Positions 20,043 to 29,345 of a stretch of DNA of 64,000 nucleotides are shown here, one piece after another. Under the pieces are notes generated by a model. That model searched no databases. It was not told the DNA's origin and was given only the letters and a program-made list of their open reading frames with translations. The DNA comes from Chloroflexota bacterium. GTDB taxonomy: Bacteria > Chloroflexota > UBA11872 > VXOZ01. Position 1 is the stretch's first letter, and every line of letters starts with the position of its first letter. Where the stretch lies: positions 416,001 through 480,000 of the forward strand of contig OZ244922.1 of assembly GCA_965221905.1 (NCBI GenBank). The letters run 5' to 3'. Made by a program: the position numbers and the translations under genes.

Positions 20043-20317
20043 AGTTCTGGACATCGCGACTTTGGGATCGTGCGGGTTTGTTTGCTCGCAGGGTTTCCTG
20101 GACGCTCGCCTAGCGCCACGGACGGAAGTAGAGAGGCCGCTTTCCAGGCAGCCCGATGGCCCTCGCGAGTTCAGCGCCGTCCGGTGGGGGAAATGTACGT
20201 GGCGGTACACTCGGATAGCGCGACCTGCGCGTTGCCTGCCGGGCATATCTTGACACGCCACTGGTAGGATACTCTGGTAGCCAAGAGTAAATGGAAATCT
20301 TCCGGAGTACGGATGAC

Positions 20318-23300
20318 ATGCCGCGAGCTACTTTTTCTGCCGTCCTAGCAATGCTGATCGTCGTTGCCGCTTCACTGTTGGCAGGGTGCAACGGCGACTA
20401 TGAGGAAACTCCTCCCAAGGTGTATCAGACGGGAGAAGTGTTCTGGAGCTACCAACACACGAGCGTGGCATTAGATTCCTCACCTTTGGTCGTCAATGGT
20501 TTAGCTTACGGAGGATCTCCATACGGCGTATACGCGGTGAATGCCGATACAGGCGAACTTGCTTGGCACTTCAGTACCAGGTATGGAGTTAGTCACACTC
20601 TGGCAGTAGCAGACAACGTGGTCTATGCCGGCGCGGACTATAAGGGCGTGTACGCGCTGAATGCTGACACCGGTTCATTCATTTGGCACTTCAGGGCAGA
20701 CAGAGCAACAATTTCATCCATGGAAGTAGCTAACGGCGTGGTGCACTTTGGCACAAAGGGAGGCGATAAGCCTAATTATTTGAACGCCGTCGACGCCACA
20801 AATGGAGAGTTGATCTGGCAAGTCGAGGTCAATAACCCCTTTGCGCCTCAGACGGTAGCAAATGGGGTAGTCTATACAGCCTTCTGGGAATGGAATGTCG
20901 AGAGTTACATCCTACTCGCATTGAATGCCGATACCGGCCAAATTATGTGGCGCTATCCGGTGGAGGGAAATGTCTTTGCTCCTCCATTGGTTGCTGGCGG
21001 AATTGTGTATGTAGGCGCCGAGGGTGGCTTCATATACGCCATAGAGGCAGCAACTGGCGATCTTTTGTGGCGGTACCATGCTGGTGGGAGATACGTAATC
21101 TCCCTGGTCGTAGCCGGAGGCGCAGTGTTCGTAGGCACTGATAGCGACTCCGTACACGCGTTGGATGCTGCCAATGGTGAACTCATTTGGCGCTATGGGA
21201 CCGGAGGCGAAGTGTATGGATCGCCACTAGTCTCTCATGGCGAGACATACGCTAGCTCTAGTGATGGCAACGTATACGCTTTGGATGCTGCTTCTGGCGC
21301 ACTTAGGTGGAAATCCAATATAGGGAGCTACGGGGACTTTCTCCCAGCTAACACTGACGGGGTGATTCACATTAGGGCGCAAAATCAGGATGTGCATACA
21401 CTAGACGCCGCCAGCGGAGAACTACTCTGGCGTTTTGAGAATGGTCTTGAGACCTATGGTAGTAGGGCCAACCTGCCCGATGTAGTGGGCGGTGTCGTCT
21501 ACATTGGGTCACGAGATGGCCTGGTCAGCGCACTCGACAGCGTGACTGGCGAGCGGCTCTGGCGCTTCCACACCGACACTGTAAAGCTCTCCTACCCGGC
21601 AGTGAATGACAATGTACTCTACGTCGGCTTGGGCGCCGAACACATATACGCGCTCAATGCCGCTGACGGTGCGCTGTTCTGGCTCTATCAGACCAAGGGC
21701 GTGGTGCGGGCCCCGCCGGTGGAGGCGGATGGGACGGTCTACGCCGCTTCTGAGGATGGTGCCGTCTACGCATTGGATGCTACCACCAAAGAGTTGCGCT
21801 GGCGCTATCAGACAGACGGCAGCATCTTCTCTTCACCGGCGGTGGCTTATGGGCTGGCCTATGCCGCATCTAACGATGGCTACGTCTACGCGCTCGATGC
21901 CGCCAGCGGCGCATTGCAGTGGCGCTTCCAGACCGGCGGCGAAGTGCGGTCGTCTCCGACGGCGGCTGGCGGCGTGGTTTCGGTGATTTCACGGGACGGC
22001 TACGTGTACGGGCTTGATGCCAGCAACGGTGAGCAACTATGGCGCTACCAAACTGGTTATTTCGTGGAATCGTCGCCGGCGCTGGCTGGCGGCGTGGCCT
22101 ACGTGGGATCGGATGACGCCTACCTCTACGCCCTGGATGCCGATAGCGGGGAAGTGCTGTGGCGCTATTTGACGAACGGGGAAACATGGGGCTCTCCAAC
22201 GGTGATCGGCGGCGCGGTCTACGCGGGCTCAGACGACGGCTACGTGTACGCGCTGGATGCCAACAGTGGCGACCTGCTCTGGCGCGCTGAGACAGGCGAC
22301 TTCGTGTTGCAATCGCCGACAATGGTTGGCGGCGTCGTGTACGCGGGATCGGAAAGTGGCTACGTCTACGGCCTCAGCGCCGAGAATGGCGAACTGCTGT
22401 GGTGGTCCCAAATCGATAGCGCGGTACAGGCCTCCCCCGTGGTGATGAACGGCAGGGCGTACGTGGTATCCGAGAGCGGCACCGCCTATGCACTGTTCCT
22501 TCATGAACCGGAGCCGGAATCGCATCTGGCAGGCGAACTCATCTGGCGCTATCAAACGCGCGATTATGTCGTTTCCTCGCCGGCAGTGGCTGATGGCGTC
22601 GTCTACGTCGGCTCATATGATCGCCATTTGTACGCCTTGAACGCTGCCTCCAGCAAATTCCTCTGGCGCTACGAGATTGGCCGGTATCTGCGATCCTCTC
22701 CGACGGTGGCTAACGATGTGGTCTACATAGGCTCTAACGAGGGCTACGTATACGCTTTGGATGCCGTCACCGGAAGCCTCCATTGGCGCTATTTGACGGA
22801 AGGTGAAGTATCTGGATCTCCCACTATCGTTGACGGTATCGTCTACGTTGGCTCACATGATGGACACGTGTACGCGCTGAACGCGACAAGCGGCGCTCCG
22901 ATCTGGAGTTTCCAGACGGATGGCACTGTGTATGCCTCTGCAGTGGTTTCTCAAGGCATGGTCTATGCCGGTACAACAGATAGCTATTTGTACGCGATGG
23001 AAGCTGCTACCGGCGAACTCCGTTGGCGGTTCAAGACGGCCGATACGATATACCGGTCGGCGGCAGTAGCTGATGGAGTCGTCTATGTGGGTTCGAGTGA
23101 CCACTACCTGTATGCCCTGGATGCCGAGAATGGCGATCTCCTGTGGCGCTTCCAAAGCGAAGAATACATGTGCTCCGCGCCGGCAGTGGCCGGCAATGTG
23201 GTTTCCATTGGATCAGGCGATTTCCACGCGTACGCTCTAAATGCCACTACGGGCGAATTCCTCTGGCGCTACCGAACTGGGAATAGTGTATGTTCCACTC

Positions 23301-23500
23301 CGGAAATATCCGAGGGCATGGCCCACGTTGGGTCAAGTGATGGAAGTGTTTATGCTCTCGTTGCCGAGACCGGCGAACTCCTCTGGCGCTACCGGACAGA
23401 ACGCTCCGTTTATTCCTCCCCGACCATTGTCGACGGCGTAGTGTACATTGGCTCAGGAGACGGCTACCTGTACGCGCTGAAGGCCCGGCCGGGGGAGTGA
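20318..23500 (+). CDS. PQQ/BamB-type beta-propeller repeat lipoprotein 4 (25 blades)
   Basis: Lipobox LAGC, GGAG upstream of ATG 20318 (alternative start 20291), ends ARPGE. Confidence 0.9.
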   Translation: MPRATFSAVLAMLIVVAASLLAGCNGDYEETPPKVYQTGEVFWSYQHTSVALDSSPLVVNGLAYGGSPYGVYAVNADTGELAWHFSTRYGVSHTLAVADNVVYAGADYKGVYALNADTGSFIWHFRADRATISSMEVANGVVHFGTKGGDKPNYLNAVDATNGELIWQVEVNNPFAPQTVANGVVYTAFWEWNVESYILLALNADTGQIMWRYPVEGNVFAPPLVAGGIVYVGAEGGFIYAIEAATGDLLWRYHAGGRYVISLVVAGGAVFVGTDSDSVHALDAANGELIWRYGTGGEVYGSPLVSHGETYASSSDGNVYALDAASGALRWKSNIGSYGDFLPANTDGVIHIRAQNQDVHTLDAASGELLWRFENGLETYGSRANLPDVVGGVVYIGSRDGLVSALDSVTGERLWRFHTDTVKLSYPAVNDNVLYVGLGAEHIYALNAADGALFWLYQTKGVVRAPPVEADGTVYAASEDGAVYALDATTKELRWRYQTDGSIFSSPAVAYGLAYAASNDGYVYALDAASGALQWRFQTGGEVRSSPTAAGGVVSVISRDGYVYGLDASNGEQLWRYQTGYFVESSPALAGGVAYVGSDDAYLYALDADSGEVLWRYLTNGETWGSPTVIGGAVYAGSDDGYVYALDANSGDLLWRAETGDFVLQSPTMVGGVVYAGSESGYVYGLSAENGELLWWSQIDSAVQASPVVMNGRAYVVSESGTAYALFLHEPEPESHLAGELIWRYQTRDYVVSSPAVADGVVYVGSYDRHLYALNAASSKFLWRYEIGRYLRSSPTVANDVVYIGSNEGYVYALDAVTGSLHWRYLTEGEVSGSPTIVDGIVYVGSHDGHVYALNATSGAPIWSFQTDGTVYASAVVSQGMVYAGTTDSYLYAMEAATGELRWRFKTADTIYRSAAVADGVVYVGSSDHYLYALDAENGDLLWRFQSEEYMCSAPAVAGNVVSIGSGDFHAYALNATTGEFLWRYRTGNSVCSTPEISEGMAHVGSSDGSVYALVAETGELLWRYRTERSVYSSPTIVDGVVYIGSGDGYLYALKARPGE

Positions 23501-23841
23501 GACGCTTGACGCAGATGAAGTCATCCCAACTGGGTGTCGCCTAATCGGGTCATTCGCAAAGTTGGGTGTTGTTCCGGTTGCGTTCGGCAAATGCGAGGCT
23601 GTGCTATGCGGATGAGAGTTCGGCAGCAGGTGTGTGTCATTGCAGTTTGCCCAACCACCCGCGACTAAGGCTCAGGCCGCGTTTCAGAGTTGGAATGGAC
23701 CCAAGCCCCGAAAGGTACACATGGCTGAGAAGCCGCGGTGCCGCAAGTCTGTACTTTCTGCCACGAACTATCGCGGGTACTGGCAATGACTAAACTAGTG
23801 ACGTCCGGTGCTGCGGTATAATTTAAAGGAACCGCGATTTC

Positions 23842-23926
23842 GGAGGGGTGTCCGAGTGGTTTATGGAGATGGTCTTGAAAACCATTGACCGAAAGGTCCG
23901 GGGGTTCGAATCCCTCCCCCTCCGCC
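23842..23926 (+). tRNA. tRNA-Ser(TGA)
   Basis: Acceptor GGAGGGG/CCCCTCC, anticodon arm ATGGT-CTTGAAA-ACCAT, long variable arm, GGTTCGAATCC; full CCA not encoded (CCG). Confidence 0.95.
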
Positions 23927-24203
23927 GCAGATGCTGAAGGACCGCAACGGCGCGGAACGACGCAACAGCCGAATCGCGCGATCGCTTACACCCGAACCGG
24001 CTGAGCCGCTGCTCTTTACCGCCACAGCCGTGTGGTATCGGAACCAACGCCATCTCCCACGTAGGCTAGCTATGATTCCGGGCCGACGCGCGAGTTGGGC
24101 CGCGATCTAGAGGTACGGCTTGCGGGATAGGCTATAATGGGGATATCTCAGTGCAGTTGTCCGAGACCAAGACTGATGGTTTGGATGGCGCATTGGAGTG
24201 CAG

Positions 24204-24298
24204 GGAGGGGTCGCATAGTTTGGTCTAGTGCGGTCGCCTGCTAAGCGATTGTGGGGTTAATAGCTCCACCGAGGGTTCGAATCCCTCCCCCTCCGCCA
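24204..24298 (+). tRNA. tRNA-Ser(GCT)
   Basis: Acceptor GGAGGGG/CCCCTCC, GTCGC-CTGCTAA-GCGAT, long variable arm, T-loop, CCA end. Confidence 0.95.
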
Positions 24299-24311
24299 AC
24301 CGACAAGCAAT

Positions 24312-24350
24312 AGAGAACGGCGCCAACCCAATGGTCGACGCCGTTCTCTT
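24312..24350. terminator. hairpin terminator between tRNA-Ser and a convergent gene
   Basis: AGAGAACGGCG...CGCCGTTCTCT inverted repeat. Confidence 0.6.
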
Positions 24351-24460
24351 ATTCAATTGCCGTCTTTACTAGAGTGCCGTATTCGCTATTCCAGCGAAAG
24401 AGCACATTGCATTCGAAACAGCCCCAGACGCTAGCCTCTCTCGAACGCCCTATACCTTGA

Positions 24461-25894
24461 CTATGAGACCGCGGTACGCACGGCCTGTTCGATAACAGGC
24501 ATCATCTCCGCCACAGGTCTCTGACCGGAAATCGCTTGGCGCAGCGGCAGCGCCAGGTTGCGCCCCAGGGCTTGGCGTCCCACTACGGGCGACGGGCCCT
24601 CCTGGTCGAGCAGATCCAGGTACTCCAAATACGTAGGAGTGAAACTCGTCACCAGTTTGGCCATGGGGTATTTCCATTGCGGCTTGAAGGGCAATGTCAT
24701 GTCGGTGTTGCCCAGGTAGTCCTGCAGCGTTTCCCTGGTGTAGAGGAACGTAAGCAGGTCCCACCCCGACGTGGCGTTATCGGCGACTTCGGGAATGGCA
24801 ATCTGGTGCGACCAGACCTGTGTCGCGCCCGCGCTTCCACTCGGCCCCTTCGGCAGCGGCAGCCAGTGGAACTGCAGATCCGGATTAACTGACTGTTCCT
24901 CCGATTGCACGCGCACGGCGTGATTGATTGCGTCGGCGTTTACGACCGCCATTGACGCGCGCCCGTTCACAAAGAGGTTAGCGGTGTCAACGTAGGGCGA
25001 CGGGTCGCCGCTCACCTTATCCACGGTCACCAAATCTGCCAGGAACTGTAGCGCTGACTGTGCATCAGCGTTGTTTACCACAACAGCGCCGCCATCGGCG
25101 TTATTTTGGAAGAGGCCCGTATTGTTGCTGTAGAGCCAAGTCAGGACTTGGAGCCAGTCAGAACTAACGTGCATCCCCGGACGTTGTACGGTATCGCCAT
25201 CACGCTGGGTGAGTTTGAGCGCAGCTTCGCGCAGATTGTCCCACCCCCACTGCTTGAAAGCTTCCACGTCTACAGTTATGCCGGCCTCTTCCATGTGTTT
25301 GGCATTGATCGCCAACCCGATGGCCTGCGGATCGTCATAAGGAATGGCGTAGGTCTTCTCGTCGAAAGTCGCGTAGGGCAGCACACCCTTGACGAACTGC
25401 TGCAAATTGACCGTGCGCGGCCAACTCAGGTATTGCGTAAGGTCCCGCACCAGCGAAGCCTCAGCCCAACTTGGGAGCGCGCCCATTGGCACGTGCACGG
25501 CGTCCGGCCCGCCTTGGCCGGCGGCTGTGGCTTGCGCCAGGCGGTTCTCCACCTCTCGTTGGCTCCCCAAGAAAACCGGTTCCAACGTATTGCCCGTGCG
25601 GGCGGCAAAGAGGCTTTGCACGTCGGTAAGCCATTGCTGAGTAGGGCCGGAGGCCCATGTCCAGAAATTCACAAGGCCGGGACTGCGAATAATGGGCCTC
25701 GGCCCTTCGACCGGCGTCGGCGTAATTGGAATAAACGCCGTGGGTGTGGGTACGCACGGTCCATCACAGGCGCGGCGGTTTATGCCGGCGCAAGCTGAGA
25801 GAAGCGATGTTGCGGCGGCACCGAGACCAAGAGTGCCCAGGGTGCGGAGCACACGCCGACGCGAGTGTTCAGATGAGACTAATTCAGTTTTCAT
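24461..25894 (-). CDS. ABC sugar-type substrate-binding lipoprotein (Tat signal)
   Basis: SRRRVL twin-Arg, LSAC lipobox, GGPD, YAIPY and PLPKGP motifs typical of family 1 SBPs. Confidence 0.82.
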   Translation of the reverse strand: MKTELVSSEHSRRRVLRTLGTLGLGAAATSLLSACAGINRRACDGPCVPTPTAFIPITPTPVEGPRPIIRSPGLVNFWTWASGPTQQWLTDVQSLFAARTGNTLEPVFLGSQREVENRLAQATAAGQGGPDAVHVPMGALPSWAEASLVRDLTQYLSWPRTVNLQQFVKGVLPYATFDEKTYAIPYDDPQAIGLAINAKHMEEAGITVDVEAFKQWGWDNLREAALKLTQRDGDTVQRPGMHVSSDWLQVLTWLYSNNTGLFQNNADGGAVVVNNADAQSALQFLADLVTVDKVSGDPSPYVDTANLFVNGRASMAVVNADAINHAVRVQSEEQSVNPDLQFHWLPLPKGPSGSAGATQVWSHQIAIPEVADNATSGWDLLTFLYTRETLQDYLGNTDMTLPFKPQWKYPMAKLVTSFTPTYLEYLDLLDQEGPSPVVGRQALGRNLALPLRQAISGQRPVAEMMPVIEQAVRTAVS

Positions 25895-26161
25895 GAGGCG
25901 GTTACCTCCGTCCTGCAAGTGCCGCTAGGCGTTCTGTATGCCCTGCAATCTTTGCATATGGTGATGGTTACTTAAGCGAATAGCTTACCCTACCTATTCC
26001 TAAGTAGTCTACGCCCTTTGTCGCGGATTTGCCACCTGCCGGCACTTCCTTCAATGGGCTTTTCTTAGGAACTTCTTACGTGGGAACGATATGCCCCCAA
26101 TAACACTGTGCTACGATGAAGTCAAGGCATACGTAACATAGGAGTTGAGGAGAGGGCATAT

Positions 26162-27787
26162 ATGCAATCGACTGTACCGTGGCGCAGAGAGTTTCTTTCC
26201 GGGGCAATTGCCGCGGTGGCTTTTCTCGCGATCTACTTTGTCGTTCGCTTCATTTGGCAGATTCCGGCGCTGCCGGAGGCGGTGATCGAAGGCATTCTTA
26301 ACTTCATTCCGCCTGCCCTCTTCGAGGCGGTAATTCAGATCTTCGGCTCCATGGCCAAGACACTGAACTTCTACGCGATACTCATTGGCATGGTTAGCGC
26401 GGGCGGCGTGGCGGGGCTGCTCTACGGTCGTCTGCTTGCTATAATTGGCGCAAACGAAAGCAACAGCGGCGGGACGCCAACGGCGTTGCTGTACGGCCTT
26501 GGTTTCGGCGGGTTGCTGTGGCTGGTCCACGCGGTGACGATTTCGCCATTCGCGGAACGCGGCTTCTTCGGCATGGATGCATCCTCACCGGTCATTGCTG
26601 CCGTTGCCATCGACATCATTGCCTATTTGGCATTTGGGTTTGTGCTTGCGTACGTCCGGCAACCCTTCGTCGTTGAGACGTCCGAAACGGCCTCTGAGGG
26701 CGTGTTGTCCCGTCGGTCGCTGGTGCCCTTGGCCGCTTCCGGGCTGGCCTTAGGCGGCGCCTACGCGCTCAAGCGCTCATTTGCGGCGCAAGCGCAGGCC
26801 ATCTTCAATGAACCGGCGAAAGAGACTACTCTTTCCGCCAGTGGCGAATCGCTCCCCATATTTCAGAAGGGCTTTGAGGGACTGGAACCCCTGGTTACGC
26901 CCAACGACGAGTTCTACGTAATCTCCAAGAACAGTATTGATCCAACCGTAAACGTAGAGGACTGGAGTCTTACCATCACCGGCATGGTGGATAACAAGAT
27001 GACTCTGGATTACGATGCGCTAACGGCCATGCCCACCCAGCAGCAATACGCGACTCTGCAATGCATCAGCAACTCGGTCGGCGGAGACCTCATCGGCTGT
27101 GCGCTGTGGGAAGGGGTGCCGCTGTGGAACCTGCTGGTCCAAGCGGGCATACAGCCGGGCGTGAAGGACATCGTCTTGCACGCGGCAGACGGTTACCAGG
27201 AGAGCATCCCGCTTGAAAAGGCGCAGGACCCCAACGTGCTCTTGGCGTTCCGCATGAACGGCGCGATACTGCCGAACAACCACGGTTTTCCGGCGCGCCT
27301 GGTTGTGCCGAACATCTATGGCATGAAGAACGTGAAGTGGCTGACGCGGATCGAGCCGGTAGACCATGATTTCAAGGGCTTCTGGCAACAGCGCGGCTGG
27401 AGCGATGAAGCCATCATTAAGACGATGTCCCGCATCGACGCGCCGAACAACGGCGCCACGGTGAGTGTCAAGGTGGACCGGGAAGTCTTGATCGGCGGCA
27501 TCGCCTTTGCCGGCAACCGCGGCATAAGCAGGGTCGAAGTCAGCATCGATGAGGGCGATAACTGGATAGAGGCGGAACTTGGCAAGGAGCTCACCCCGTT
27601 TTCGTGGGTGCAGTGGAAAACTACGTGGGAACCACCGGTAGCGGCCGGTTACACTATTCGGGTGCGCGCTACCGACGGCGCCGGTAGTCTGCAAGACGAG
27701 ACGCGGCTCGAACCCGCGCCCAATGGCGCCTCTGGCTGGCACACTATCAACACGCGCATCAGCGGCATTAGCGATGGGCAGAATTAG
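26162..27787 (+). CDS. membrane-anchored molybdopterin oxidoreductase, sulfite oxidase family
   Basis: TPNDEFY, LQCISN (Mo-Cys), HGFPARLVVP..YGMKNVKW, C-terminal dimerisation domain; N-terminal TM helices. Confidence 0.9.
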   Translation: MQSTVPWRREFLSGAIAAVAFLAIYFVVRFIWQIPALPEAVIEGILNFIPPALFEAVIQIFGSMAKTLNFYAILIGMVSAGGVAGLLYGRLLAIIGANESNSGGTPTALLYGLGFGGLLWLVHAVTISPFAERGFFGMDASSPVIAAVAIDIIAYLAFGFVLAYVRQPFVVETSETASEGVLSRRSLVPLAASGLALGGAYALKRSFAAQAQAIFNEPAKETTLSASGESLPIFQKGFEGLEPLVTPNDEFYVISKNSIDPTVNVEDWSLTITGMVDNKMTLDYDALTAMPTQQQYATLQCISNSVGGDLIGCALWEGVPLWNLLVQAGIQPGVKDIVLHAADGYQESIPLEKAQDPNVLLAFRMNGAILPNNHGFPARLVVPNIYGMKNVKWLTRIEPVDHDFKGFWQQRGWSDEAIIKTMSRIDAPNNGATVSVKVDREVLIGGIAFAGNRGISRVEVSIDEGDNWIEAELGKELTPFSWVQWKTTWEPPVAAGYTIRVRATDGAGSLQDETRLEPAPNGASGWHTINTRISGISDGQN

Positions 27788-28051
27788 GAGAATTGCGCAC
27801 GAAAGTTTACGGCTAGTCTCCTAGCTTCCAGCGCTTGCAGCTAACGCTCTTGCTGCGCTTTCAACTAAGTAGAAGAAGCGTCCGTGCTTGAGCGACTGCT
27901 CACCACTGCGGTCTCTACGCTGGAGCATGGACGTTTTTTCGAGGTTGCTTCTGGGTCACACGAATGCTGTGTCCCAGAAGTATCGTTTTAAGGCAGCTTG
28001 ATCATGTGTCAGCTCTTGTCGTCACACGTGGGGCTTAGGCCGGCGATGAGA

Positions 28052-29113
28052 CTAGAGGCACCCTGACAGAGAAGGAATGCCGAACGTCTCTGCCATAGAG
28101 TCCAGGTCTTCGACGATTTGGGTTGCGAAGGCGATGCCGTCGCGCAGGAAGTGTTCTTTGCGCTCTAGCTCGATTTCGCCGGGCAGGTAAATGCGCTCGA
28201 CTCCCTTGGCTTTTTCCGACGTGCGCATCTGGCGGATCTGCACGTCCATGCGCTGCTTGAATTCGTCCACGGGCATCATGTGGCCTATGTCGAGCGCCAT
28301 GAAGAAATGGCCCATGGCCTGCGGCGTATTGGGGATACCGCCCCGGCGCACGTCTTGGCCGAAGAGCGCCCCTGTGAGCACGCCGCACAGCGCGTCGAGC
28401 ACCACGGCAAGGCCGTAGCCCTTGGGACCGCCCACCGGCGCCATGAGCTTTGCCAAGCTGGGGTCCTCTGTGGGTTCGCCGGTGGCCGTCAAGGCCCAGC
28501 CGGGGGGAATGGGCTCGTTCTTGCGCCTGGCCAGCGCTACCTTGCCCGCAGCGACCACGCTCACGGCCATGTCGAGCATGAGCGGGCGTTCCGTGGCTGC
28601 CGGAATCGCATAGGCGATGGGCGTGTTGCTCAAGCTGGGCGTGACGCCGCCGTAGGGCGCCATTACCTGAATGCCGTTGGTTGAACAAAATCCGATGGCG
28701 TCGTGGTCGAGAGCGCGCATGGTGAAGTAAGCCGCAGCGCCGAAGTGGTTGCTCTCGCGCACGCCCACCGCGCCGATGCCGAATTGTTTGGCTTTCTCGA
28801 TTGCCAGGTCCATGGCCTGCACGCCCGCCACTTGTCCCATGGCGTTGCGCGCGCTGATGAGTCCGGTGGCCCCGCTGTCCGAAACCACCTCCGGTGTGCC
28901 GGTCGGATCGATAGATCCCACCTGAATCCAATTGGCGTAGAGCGGGAGAAAGTTGCTGCCGTGGGTAAAGACGCCGGTGAGATCGGCGTGCACCAGCGAC
29001 TGCGCCACCTGCGCCGCATCGTCCGGCCGCATGCCGACCGTCCGCAGCGCTTCGGTATCAAAGGCTTCGATTATCGCGGCCGGGACACGGACAATTCCAG
29101 CTTCATCGGACAT
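28052..29113 (-). CDS. Ldh_2 family (malate/L-lactate/ureidoglycolate/sulfolactate) dehydrogenase
   Basis: ADLTGVFTHG, SNHFGA, LDMA.S, GGPKGYGL, YLPGE. Confidence 0.9.
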   Translation of the reverse strand: MSDEAGIVRVPAAIIEAFDTEALRTVGMRPDDAAQVAQSLVHADLTGVFTHGSNFLPLYANWIQVGSIDPTGTPEVVSDSGATGLISARNAMGQVAGVQAMDLAIEKAKQFGIGAVGVRESNHFGAAAYFTMRALDHDAIGFCSTNGIQVMAPYGGVTPSLSNTPIAYAIPAATERPLMLDMAVSVVAAGKVALARRKNEPIPPGWALTATGEPTEDPSLAKLMAPVGGPKGYGLAVVLDALCGVLTGALFGQDVRRGGIPNTPQAMGHFFMALDIGHMMPVDEFKQRMDVQIRQMRTSEKAKGVERIYLPGEIELERKEHFLRDGIAFATQIVEDLDSMAETFGIPSLSGCL

Positions 29114-29345
29114 GGATTGGTCTCCCTTATGTCTTGTCAATGATTAACAAGCATTCGGCGGCTTGGTTGCCAGATAGACGCCAAGGCTGCGGACGCCGAG
29201 AGCGCCTTCTGAAACGATCCAGCGATAGCGGATACAGGCCATGCTATTATAGCATTCGAGCTGTGAAGGTTCCGCAAATGTGATAGGAAGTCAAGTACTT
29301 GTCACCCCCTAGAAACGCAATGGAAATGACTAAGGAGATAAAGCA

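Noticed and set aside
11186-20317. Longer ORF-track starts for the propeller genes (11186, 13140, 16731, 20291)
   Set aside because: Downstream ATGs give proper signal peptides/lipoboxes, mostly with an RBS.
11240-23500. Diversity-generating retroelement or shufflon acting on the propeller array
   Set aside because: No reverse transcriptase, recombinase, adenine-specific TR/VR pair or inverted cassettes are visible in the window.
23500-23840. Structured ncRNA before tRNA-Ser
   Set aside because: Only weak pairing and no recognisable family motif.
10860-24298. Propeller array as a tRNA-integrated island
   Set aside because: The array lies 5' of the tRNAs, and I saw no duplicated tRNA 3' end or integrase.
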